A stretch of 64,000 bases of DNA from Phoronis australis (taxonomy: Eukaryota; Animalia; Phoronida): contig NMRA01000004.1 in the NCBI GenBank assembly GCA_002633005.1, positions 1,901,935 to 1,965,934 on the forward strand, written 5' to 3'. The position numbers were made by a program, and so were the translations under genes. Below, piece by piece: positions 36,506 to 48,800 of the stretch (the first letter of the stretch is position 1; each line of letters begins with the position of its first letter). The notes beneath the pieces are model-generated. The model was not told the origin of the DNA. It worked only from the letters and a program-made list of their open reading frames with translations, and ran no database searches.

Positions 36506-38613
36506 TCGTCCGCACCTTTGTCCGATCAATATTCTGAAGATTTACTCGACGTCCTTTGCCCTCGCGCTTTTCGCTATACTTCAACATTACTAAGGACCAT
36601 ACTGCTTATTTAAGCAGTTTCGAGTTACTCATTGGAAGCTTAGGTAGTGCAAATGCGGACTCGTATCTGAAAACGTAACTGGAGTGCTCGAGTAAGCACC
36701 ATCATGCTTGTATGTTATCGCAGACGATCGCGTCTAAAAAGAAAACTGAATACCGTTTTGTAAGTTGCAGTTAACTTGGTGGTTGAATTTCTGTCAAAAA
36801 GTCGTTACGTCGCCCAACAATTTACTTTGAACCGCCTGTAATTTAAGGCGGTTACGGACTGTTATCGCGAATATCAGTGATGAGAAAAACAAAGGTCTCT
36901 CTTGTAATAATGAAAAAGAGAACTCTTAGACAGATTGATCTTCAAAGAATCATGTTCGTCACGACGCTACGGATGGTTATTGAGGATTCTCGCATTCGTA
37001 GTCCTCTGACATTTTTGTTTTTATAACCTTGTGAATTTCTGCTTTTGTTCATTTTCTAGGAACCCAACCGTTTACACAATTTGAACCATTTGAATTTGGC
37101 CAAGACCACTGTATTTGCCTTCAGTTAGGCAATTTGTGCATCAATTTGTTAATAAAAATGTGATTTTTATTGTACTTATTTCGTGAAATTGGATTATTAG
37201 TAAGTGCACAAAAATCCTTGTTTGTGTTCGAAAACGGACAAAATTACGAACTGGGTTTCCGTTGAACTGTCTGTATCACACCGGATTTTCACTTAACTCC
37301 CTAACATTCTTGTAATATAACACGTTACAATCCTGTCAGAAGCTCCCAGAGGGAGATGCCGGAATAAATATTAATGCACGTTTAATCGAACTGAAGATTT
37401 TGGAGTGTAACACGCGTGTCGTGGAAGTGTTCATCATGTTCTTGTACGTATCCTCTCCTTGTTTGTTAACAAGTTGTGTTGCGAATCTACTGATAAGGCC
37501 CAGTAACGCCATCACCAATGTTCAATTTTTGCTAAAATAATTACTTACATGCGATTTGTGGTATTTATATTTGAAATTCGTATTTGAAAAAAAATAAATG
37601 TTACATCCAGGGACTCCTTTGTACATACAAATGCATTCGCCATGTTTATACGTTATATTTACTTGTAAATAAATAAGCACAGTGGCGACTCGTAATTCAG
37701 AAGGCGGCGCTAGTGTAACAACAACCTTGCAAGAAGACTAATGCGTCTAATGGAAGTAGTCACGTGCTCCCCTGGCCAATAAAGACCTCCGTGCCGGTGA
37801 GCCACTTTCTGTTTCCTAGCTATTCAGAGGAACCTTTCTCGATGAGCGTCACCTAGTGAATGTCGAGTCCCCAGTTGAGAACTTACGAGATCGTATTCTG
37901 TCACAAATTGCAGAGTTTCAGTTTACAATTTAAACCGTTATTAGTAATTCTAAACTTAGTCATTCATGATGGATTGGTTAACCGACTTAAGGTTAACTGC
38001 TGATTCATGTTTTCTCTCCAATCGCAATTCGAACAAGATGAAGAATTGAATGGAAAATGGGTATTTAAAAAATCCATTTGAAGACATTTCACTTGAGAAA
38101 CATTGATTTTTATAATGGAAAAATGTCGCCACTTGTTACGGAAATGAACCCATCTTTGAATGTCTCACCGTTTTTTAAAATACCTTCAGTTTTAAAATAT
38201 GAAGCTGGGGTGCGGTAAACTTCGCTGCTCAAATTGGCAGGCAAACAAAGGCAAAGCATTATTGTTCAACAATAAATAAAAATTGCAGGCGCTTATCTTC
38301 ACATGTACAATTAACTGACTATTAATACGATAAGAAACGAGCACCATAACACAACGAGTGGCTGAGACGCCAGTCGCACAAACTTGATTCTCAAGTGAAA
38401 CCTGCATTGACAACTAAATTGTCTCAATTCGCCATAGTCAAGAGGTTCGTCAGCAATCTAAGACTACTGCCGACAGTAAGAAAATTGCAATTTGAGTTAG
38501 TATTATATCAAATTGCCTTGTTGTGCAAAATTTGTGCAACCAGGCCAATTGCCTCCGTTTATGACTAGCCATTCGCATCAAAATAGGATCACCGAATGGC
38601 CAACCATACAAAA

Positions 38614-39867
38614 TCACATCATGAACAGTTGTCTGTCGTGATTCATTTTTAAAAGGTCATTGAGAGCACGGTTATTTGACCCATACAAGCCAACGTTATT
38701 AGTACGGACGGTCTTGGGCTGTCGTCGTTTTATGGTCGTACTATCTGTCGCTCGGCACGACATCCGGTCAGTCTCGTTCCTGACGAAAGTTATGACCCTG
38801 TAAAGAGGTTGCTGATCGTCCGATTCTTTTTTACGAGGAGTTTCGCGTTTTTTCTTTCGCCGCCTTTCCTGTTTATTTTTAGAGGATTCCGATTTGTCTT
38901 TTGCAGGTTCACATGTTTTTGATTTAGCATCATCCGATATCGACTCGCATAGCTTACGCTTCTCGACAGGTTCTAACCGCTCTGTGCAGTTGAAGTCGTC
39001 TGCGCTGAGTTGGTCGATGCTTAACGATTCCGTGGTGTCGTACCATAGAGAACCAGTTCCCTCGGAGCAGGAAGACATGTCCGAACACGTATACAGCGAC
39101 GCATTTCCTGAATCTGAACTCTGAGAAGTACAATCTGAGGCGTTAGTTGTTACAGAAACTGTGTCGTCTTGAGACACGTGTGAACAATTCGCCTCTGGTT
39201 CGTGATCGATTGGCTGAATGGCTAGCTTCAAAACGTTTTGTTTGAGTTTATGATTATTTTCTACTTTCGCTAAATAAAGAAAGTATTTCCTTTGGTCTTC
39301 GTTTTGTGTGTCATATTCGCTACAAGAATCGTCACTGTCTGGTTTGAATTTTACGTCATTTTCGTTGGCGATATCCAATTTATGGTTACTCAACACAGGT
39401 GTGTCTCTTTCATGCACAGGTATCGTGCAATACGGACTACTTCTACTCAAGTTTTCGCAAAGTTGCGCGTTGTCTAACACGTTGAACTGCCGATTTCGCG
39501 GACAGTTTATTTTTGATAACAAGTCGCAAGGTAACTGGTCGTCTGCTCCTGGTGGTATTTCATCCTTCCTAAACACGTGACTCCCGTAACAGCCAAGTAT
39601 AGGCACGACAATATAAGGACCTATGTCCCGTGCATGTTTGAAGTCCAAACTAGTGGCTTTATGAGTCGTAGGTAAGATATTCTCATCGTCCACAAAGCTG
39701 CAAGGGATTTCTTCGTATATGTGTGAAATCCGATCCTCTTCATCCTCACAAAACTCGTCATTTTGCACCAAATCCGTGTCATCGCAGTGGTCTGAACTGA
39801 ACGAATATTCCTTATTTCCCCGTGGACGAATCTTGAGTAGCTTCAGAAAGCCGCTTAAGGAAGCCAT
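38614..39867 (-). CDS. Uncharacterised ~417-aa acidic/Ser-rich, probably disordered protein (single coding exon)
   Basis: Long open frame with acaaaaATGG start context at 39867, downstream of a good acceptor (tttctttgcttacag| at about 39936). Contains HIYEEI, a basic RRRKKKRETPRKKE stretch and a C-terminal ALNDLLKMN. No family recognised. Confidence 0.75.
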   Translation of the reverse strand: MASLSGFLKLLKIRPRGNKEYSFSSDHCDDTDLVQNDEFCEDEEDRISHIYEEIPCSFVDDENILPTTHKATSLDFKHARDIGPYIVVPILGCYGSHVFRKDEIPPGADDQLPCDLLSKINCPRNRQFNVLDNAQLCENLSRSSPYCTIPVHERDTPVLSNHKLDIANENDVKFKPDSDDSCSEYDTQNEDQRKYFLYLAKVENNHKLKQNVLKLAIQPIDHEPEANCSHVSQDDTVSVTTNASDCTSQSSDSGNASLYTCSDMSSCSEGTGSLWYDTTESLSIDQLSADDFNCTERLEPVEKRKLCESISDDAKSKTCEPAKDKSESSKNKQERRRKKKRETPRKKESDDQQPLYRVITFVRNETDRMSCRATDSTTIKRRQPKTVRTNNVGLYGSNNRALNDLLKMNHDRQLFMM

Positions 39868-42800
39868 TTTTGTTTCGCGTGTGTCTTGTTTCAAGTCTAC
39901 TGTCTTTGGCGTTCGTGATATGTCATTTCTGTGTACCTGTAAGCAAAGAAACGACAGTAATCAACCAAGATGTGAGAAAGAAAGAGAGTAATTAACAAGA
40001 TTTGGCATGAATAATATATGATTAGGTATTCACTTATCCAATGTTAATATCCAGTGTTAAATCGCGTGTTCAACGCCTTCCGTATTTCAAGAAACAAAAC
40101 AGCCGTGCATTACATTATAAACTTAATAGCCGACTTATTACTGCTAATTAAAAGTACTGAATGAAACTAATACTATTGCCACGACGACAAAATTGCTCTT
40201 ACGACTCCGACAATGAAGTTGTGCCACCAGGTAAATCAGTGCATTTTACTCCAAAATTGTTGCAATAACACAGTATTCGCTATTCAAGGTATTCTGTATT
40301 AAACTTCTCCAGTGTTATTTCTTTGTTATTTAAAGCAAATATACATTTCACACATAGAGATTCAGCTGGAAATTACGACGACCATTTGCCTTCATAGAAT
40401 TTGAGTCACGAAATCAATCACTGTAGGTATTCTCCGTTGCAAGTTGTTCTCAAATCTTTCCTGTAAGCAAGTCGAGAACAACTATAGTTGTTTAAAACGG
40501 CTTAGCTAATGCATTAAAATACGCCATATTGCCTTGGCTAAATTTATCAAGCAATCCTATTAATTCAGACAACTAAAAGACACATCCTAATTAAAATGAC
40601 CCCTTCGTGACGTCCAAACAAAACTGTGAAAGATTAATTCATTAAAATTGTGTCAGTCAATTGATTCACAATTATTGCGAGGAGAGGTGAAACGAGTTTA
40701 TAATCTCACGTTACCAGCTAGGTTTTCAACGAACGTCTCTGCTAATTCCTGAAAACATTCTTCATACGTTTATTATCTTTTAAAGATAGAATATAAGCCG
40801 AACAAAAACTGATAAAATCAACGATATTCTTTTTGCTAGTGGCAATGAACTTGCCTGCATTTGGCGCTCTAGGAGTTCAGTATTGCCCACGGCATGTAAA
40901 CCACGTAACAATAATTGCAATCGAAGTATAGCCTATCCTCTGCTCGGTATAAACAGCTGAGGAAATACTTTTCGAGTTGATGAAGAAAAGTCTTAATAGA
41001 ATACTCAGCAACACTGCGTCTAAGCACGCGTCACTTCACTGTTGGTCATGTTTGTAGTTAACTATGAAGGGGGGTCTAAGCAATAGAGTTGTCGAAAGCA
41101 CGTGCTCTCGTCAAAATGTTTCAACCTACGTGTAGACCTGTTGACTCGGCGTCGTTAAAAGTTGTCAACGGTATTTTAATTCAGTCTGCGGAAACATGAT
41201 GCCTTCTTTTGCCTCGCAGTTTTTGCCAACTGCTTACATTATATGAAACTTCGCATGCTTGCTTCCAGGTTTTAGTGGTACGCGTACGAGCAACTGTGTT
41301 GTGTCCAAAATTGTACATTACTGTTCAGTATAAACGGCGAAGCCACACTCATGTGTACGAGTCTGAAGCAAAATACTGTCGAGATTATGTGTTACTCCAG
41401 TGCATAAACAGTGTAATAAAATTTCATCCTTTGCATCAAAGCAATAGGAAAACCTGACCCACCTCGGGTGGCAATTCACGTTCGCATCAATTTTTAGCAC
41501 TTGGAGCCGAAACCTCGAAGTTGACACCATTCAAGACAAGAAACTATTGCAGATGATGCCGTTTAGCGGGGATATAAGAAAAGTTCAGATGACGAAAAGG
41601 TCGAACATACCCACATTACCCAACAGTAGTCCTAAAGGTGTCTTATGTTTGAGTAGCAAACGTTCCTGTCGCGCAACACCTCATCATTAGTACACGCCTC
41701 CTCTAATGCACCGAATGCCCTTGCACGGGCCCGATTTCTCGACCAACAATCGCACAGTAAACTCTCGTAAATCGATCTGGAGAACGATTGGTTTTATAGT
41801 GATCAACTCGACCGGATTAAATATAGTAAATATTGTGCGCTTTTCACTTGTACTGTTGTGTTTGTATTCTAGTCAGGTTTTACAAGGTGTTCAAACCACT
41901 GACAATATCGCTGGCAGAATACTACTGGGTGCATGTTTATTTAACGACTGTAAGCTCCCATGTCGTTCACCGCGCTAAATTGTCTCTCAAACTTGACTTC
42001 GTAATATATTGGGATTTGGTTGCAGACATTGTTATGAAACTAACTAGCCAGAACGCAATACAATGGCCGGAATACATTTCCTAACGAGTCTTCAATAACA
42101 CCGGTTATGGCTCCAGTTGTGTCAAATTGAAGGCTAACACTTGACAATCTGTTCAGAAATGTACCGACTTCAGATTTGAGGAACATAACTGTCCCTACTT
42201 TTCCCCTGCTACGTGAGATGCACTGAATACAAGGACAAAAAGATTTAGGCTGTCATGGGAAATTATAGTCCACATGGTGTTAGCATGCTGCGCTAGTTTA
42301 CAGATGCGCTAATTAGGGTCTCACGCTGAAGGTAACCCGACAAAGATTTTAACGAGATTGGGCATGCGTAAACATTCAGAGTGTACACTGTAATTTAGAT
42401 GGAATACTTGTGACTAATACAGGAAGCGGTCATGAAGCTGAAAATTTATGTTATTACACGTGTTGCAGTTTATCAATGGAGCAATTTTTGCTAAAAAGAC
42501 TTCAACCTCTGTACGAAGAATATTCAGCATGCAATCGCCAACATGAATTCAGTTAAACTTGCACCATACGCACATCGAATAGAATACTTCGGTAACCAAC
42601 TTTTGGCACTCATATCAGGCCTTGAAGCCTGTGGCCGCTCTTGCAAATCGAAGAAACCAAACATATGAAACATAATGGGAATTACAGATTTGTGTGAGAT
42701 CAATGCCCTTGTGGTTGCAACGGAGTTGCGCAGATAAGATCTCTCTCTGTAAATGTTTCGGGTTTGATTAATGGTTAAGACATGCTGTCGCGCTCCTGTC

Positions 42801-45800
42801 GAGAAACCGTGTACAACCCAAGACAAATGGTCTGCATTCAAGCACTCCATACAGCGCCATGTTTGATAACCATAGTTTCGAGTTGAGTCTTGATAGTCCA
42901 AACTAGAGGATTCGTCACCGCTGACTTAATTTATTGCAGTCTGAAATTCGCGATTTCGGCTACATTCTAATTAGGCTTGCGGTGAACTTCAACCCGCACA
43001 ATGAACAATGACGTAACACAAAGAAACTGGTACGAAAGAGACAGAGTTATCAATAATCCATTACATTAAATACGAAATCCTGATAACAGTCGAATTTCCT
43101 TTTATTGCCTAATATGTCGTTGCCATATTGATTTGCTGCCAGTGCCATGTGGCCGTTTAAACCCCAACCCATGGCCAACTTGACTTCATCGTTGCGGGTA
43201 CAACAACGCTTGTTCCTTCCCTTTGATGTTCACGACCGATATTTGTCTTAAATCAACAAACGACTTTGTTTCGTTTCGTTTTGAGAGTGTTCTACCGAGT
43301 ACGCAAGCTACATGTTTCTTATTAAACAAGTTTATGACTAACATTTCTGAGACATGTTGGTAATTGAAAACCGTGAAAATGCCTCTAATCAAGGTATAGT
43401 CTATTATTAAGGAATCAAGCAAAACTTCATTGACAGTTTGACACGGCTGGCGGGCACTAAATCTTACAATAGTCAGTTTTGATGGTCCCTGATTTTAGAG
43501 AACTGTTATTGTGTGGATGAAACTGGTGCTCAAAGCCAGGAGCCAAAATAAGGAACGTAGTCCTAAATCTAATGCAATCGTTGTTGCGATCTCAGACGCA
43601 TCTGATCTGCAACGAACAAACCATCACTTCATTTTGGTCTCGGCATAGCATTGTATATTCTAGCGAGGAGCTATCCGTAGCAAAGCATTTGTTCGATTGG
43701 AGGCAGACACGTTATTGAAGATGCTACTATGTCTGAAAAATTCGCTTAACCGATAAAGCACTCACTAGGTAGGCGAAATTCGAAACGTCAAAATTTCGGT
43801 AATGAATCTCGGTTGAAGTAGTCTTTGATCTCCATTTGACCCATAATTTTGAAGGCTCCCTTCTCCGAAATTAACGAATCTGAATGTCTTAATGAGGCGG
43901 AACTGACTTGCATCGAGTATTGTGTTTTTGTCCATTTAGAGACCGCTTAATGGTGTGCAAAACTCGAATAGTTCTTAAAATAGAGATTGCGTTGTGTACA
44001 TAAGCTCGGTTCAATAACAATCTTGATTCGTGAATTTTAAACGACTCGTTCTCAAACATGCACAATATCTGGAGCGAGGGAATGTTTTATTTCAGGGCTG
44101 TTCTACGAGCAGCTTTGAGTAGACTGGATGGGGCTCCGTGACTAGATGAGAATTGGCAACGACAGGGTTGTCTATTACATACAGTTTGACACGACCACGC
44201 GCGTGCTTCTGGTGCGGTGAGGTTGAGGCGTAGCGGTTAACTTTTCAGTCGCTTTGAGAAATGATTTGCTTTCGTTTAAAAATGAAGGTAATAATTCATT
44301 TTTCCATTTCGCAAGCGCAGGAAACCAAAAGAAAGTGTTCCAATACTCGGGCGTTGTTTTCGGTACCCACTAAACCACCGAGTTTAATAACCCTAGAATC
44401 GCGTGCTTTTGTATATAGGAAAACAAACATTACAACACAAGAGCACGAACTTTTGAATATTTCCAGAGTAGTGAACCTGCGAAGTGAACCTTCACTAAGA
44501 GACCACTGAACCTTCAGAGTAGTGGACTGTTCCTATTGGGAATGCAAACTCACCTCAATACGTGAACAAAATTCCATAGTTTTCAACGGTAGCGGAACAT
44601 GAAACCTAAATCAAAATCAAAATGCAAGTCTCAGTAGTTTCTCGTATATTGCTCCCAGAGTGACGCCTGTCACAGATTAATACAACGATCGTGTTTTAGG
44701 AGCAAAGCTGCCTGGAAGACATAACTACGACCAAACCAAAAAGTAAAGAACTTACGCTTAAAACTTGGTCAACCAATGGAAATGATTCAGAACACAGGAA
44801 TGGCATGGACGACTGACTCAGTCGTCGGACTGGACGGAATCTGCCTGAAATCCCAGCCGCCCGCGGACAAGGGATCAATGGGCAAACAAGCTGGTCGTAA
44901 TTAAAGGCGATTTACTGTAAACAAATGTCTCGCCTATCAGTTAACACGTTATTAAACGGTCGTAGGAGATCCGTAACTGTGAAACGGCATGAATCAGACC
45001 GAGAAATACCAAGGGCCCATCGGTGACAAATTGACAAGTTATTCACTGGTACTTTACTACTCGTTTGTAGATTTTGAGATGTAGTACGTTAATGTACGTT
45101 CACACAGCAGTTAAGAGCCCCCGGAACGTTTTGCTTTGTCATCGCGTTTTATCAGAAAAAAACGACATTCTCTCATCCCCCTCGTCATCAGGTTGTTTAA
45201 ATTATACATTTTGGAAGTCCCATGTAGCGGTAATTTGATCAAACCGAAGTTGTGAACTTCAAATTGAAATAGATCAAGATGGCGGTGGCGAATCTTTTGG
45301 TCGAAGCAGTCTCGAGTCCTTGGAGTTAGTCTAAATAAGGACGCGGACTCGCCGCATTAAATAATAACAAAGATCGGGTACCAGCTCAAAACGTGAACCT
45401 AACAGTTTACAAAGATGGTGCTTGCTTGTGACTGTGGTTGCTACGCATTTTAGAAAGCTTTGGCGAGTTCTGAGGTGACCTAATTAAATTTTCGTTTTCA
45501 GCGAGAGTGGTCTCACAATGCGTTGGAATTATCCAAAACCGAGGCACATTTTTGACGAATAAATGATGGTGTAATCCATCAAGAGGACTACACATTACGG
45601 GCGTCAGTTCTTCCAATCAAGACATATCAAGTTCTTTAAATTTTCCTACTCTTTAATTTTATCGATGCCACTGCCGTGCGATGATTTGTGGGCTTAATTA
45701 ACGGGAAATTGACACCCAACTTTGAATTCAAAGGTCCTGCATCCCACTGTGCCATCAGGTCAACTCAGGCGAATCGAACAAAGCCTTTGAAGACATGCGG

Positions 45801-48800
45801 ATCATAAAGTAGCGAAGTTTTGTTCGTTATAAACCATTTATCAATCATAATAAGGATGACGGAAGGAAATTCTGCACATTCATTTGCCACGGTCATTTTG
45901 GCAAGTACGATATGCAGCACTATGTTGAAGAGTAGAGAAACAGGGACTTGAGCGATTCTTTCGTATCCTACAATAGATGATCAAACTATTGTATTAGAGA
46001 ATAATACAATTATCTGATACCTCTTGATGAATTTATTTTATTGATGGTGAGATCTTCTTGGCGGCTCTAATTATCTCATAAAATCCAATACAAGAAACCT
46101 TACAGGCTGCAAGACATATTGCTTGCATCAGTGCTGCGCATTCATACAAACTATCATCTGCACACTGTGCAGTAAACGAGAAATGTGACTGTAAATGCGT
46201 TGTCGCCATCGAGCGAGATCATCGTCGTATTAATAGTATGTAACAGATAAGTCCCATCGTTGGGAAGACCAGTCTTCGCTTTTAGATAATCGACGTCAAT
46301 TTTAGGACGAATTACGAATCAGGAGAGGTTGAAATCGACTGTCTACACGGAAGTGGTCCAAAACAGACCCTCTTATTAGACATGTGCAGTTGAATTCACT
46401 GTGAAGGACTCGAGTGGAAAAATGCACAAGTGATGACCATTTTCACATGTCCGAGTTGGTGACTAATGTCATATGAAAGCGATTATCCTGGTTCGTCAGT
46501 CTATGGTTGCAATAAGTACTAGTTCATTTGAAAACATTCTTTCGCTTCAGAGAAACTGACTTGTCATCACCGAAAATTCTTGATGGCAAAAACATGGGTG
46601 ACCAACTTTAAAATGAAGAGTAGGTGCGGTGAAATTTGATAGAGATTGTGTTATGGAACCGATGATTTTGGAGTTTGGTTCACAATTCTCGTCCGACATT
46701 TAACGAGAAAACGTCTCTGATAAACGTCTTCACTAACTTCGCCACCATGGTCAGTTGAATAAGGCGTGAAGTGGGTTCTAAAATCTCGTAAATTCGAGCA
46801 CGCAGCGGCGAATACCAGACAAGCTGTTTCACATTTCCATTTTAGGCACCAGCTGACTTGAGATGGGCAACAGTTTACATTTCTATGTGGAGTACACGAT
46901 AAACTATTTACATCGTCATGTGTCATTGGGAGATAACGCCATTTACACGTTTCCTTATTTAAAAATCGGGAAAATAATAATAAATCATCCAGTAGGCTTT
47001 TCCAGCTCAGACAAGACAGAATGGACACTGGTTCTCTTGTCTTTTATTACAGTTGTCTCAAGCTGCACGTTACCAATTGGCAAATCAAGCGAAAAGTTGT
47101 GAAAAACGACAAAACAATGGATATTTTGTAGGTTTTCTCTGTTCGTCCACCTCTCAGTACTTACGAGGATGTTATATTAGTTATGCTATCGCCAACAAGG
47201 TGATCGCATTTGAAAAACTTCGGGACAATGCGTGTGTTAGTTTGTTTCTGGTTAGTCATCGTCTGCTTTCCCTCGGCCGGCCGCCAACACGCAGTCAACC
47301 GACGGGGAAACTTGGTCCACCTTAACCGAATAACTGACGGAATTTTTAAGTCCGTTTGTGTAGAAATCAATTTGACCAGATACACTACTTGTATGTACAT
47401 TCTTACTATGATATATTCACACGATTAACCTTCAAAGGATATGTTCAGAGCACAAATTTATTGCCCTTACCTTACCGATAATCTGCGTGTGGTCTCTTGA
47501 ACAAACAAATACCATGCGGTCATTTTTAATACGAACTACGTTTTCTACGTTTCATTTTTTCGTCTTTTCCCCAGTACTCTTACGCAAAAACTCAATGTAC
47601 ATCACCAGTTAATAAAATGCAAAGAATATCTTATACTGGCAATCTATAGTACAAGCTATTTGACCGTCACTCAACGTTTGTCATGCCCAGGGCATTGTCC
47701 GTCTGTCGACTCGTTTGTACACATTGGGGTCTCACAAACACATACCAGCTTTCAACTAAGAATTAATCCGTGTTTGCCAGCTATTTCACGACTCTAAATT
47801 CTTAAGTTGTTGTATTAACCCCTTTCCAAAAGCCAAAACACCATTGTATTCTCAGGGGACAACAAAGCAACTTCTAATTCCGGCCCAATGCACGTCCTGT
47901 TGTTTGTGTGTCCTCCGACTGAGCTCCGAGACGAGTCAGTTGAATAAGACAGTACACAGGTGGTGTAATGCGATTTTGGCGAGTTGGGAAAACTTACGAG
48001 TATTGTAGGCGCGAGCAACAGGCGCCACGATAGACCCTTGGCAAATAAAGCCACATTTGTCACTTAGACGGTGGCTCATTCTTTAGATTAGGGACATCCG
48101 TGGTGACGAACATGAAATAAGGATGTAATGGACTGACGCTTGCTACGCTGAACCAAGACGAACAAGGCGCAGGGATGCACCTGTTCTCTGATATCATTTT
48201 ATGAAATGTCTTTGTCGCATTTTCCACTTTCCTTAGGCTTTCAGTTTCAGCACTCCCTATGCTGGCTTCAGTTGCACGGAAAAGTGTGATCAAAACTCAA
48301 CATTTACTCGAATATTTCTTTTCTACATTTCTAGTGTAAACAAATAGTTTTAATTACAAGGTCCGTGCCAAACCCCGCTTCTGCCACGGGTCACGGTTGT
48401 CATTTCAGCAAACCGTCTCATCTTAGATTAGTGCTCTGCACAGAGGCAATGAACGAGTATTTCAGTCCTTGTCGAGTTCCTGACACAAATAACCACAATG
48501 TATATTGCTGTTGCTCAAAACTGGGCGCCTATTGAATTACATGATTTATGAACTCTCCTTTGGGCTGTTTTATCTCGTTATTGACTTGACATTCCAATCA
48601 AATAGTCGAACGTGTGTCGTCGAGTGCCGACTGTCCGTGCACCAAGTCAGCAATGCTTTTGACACGTTTGATAGAAAAATTGCGGAAAGAAAACAATATT
48701 TCCATACAAAAACGTAAATCGCATTGGGCCAACTTCGTTGTCAAGACAGTAGCATCAACAATGCCGAACACATATCAGATAATTCGCAAGACAAGTTACT

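Noticed and set aside
45276-45330. caagATGGCGG YY1/Kozak-like start (MAVANLLVEAVSSPW)
   Set aside because: Short, with a weak donor and no downstream exon found.
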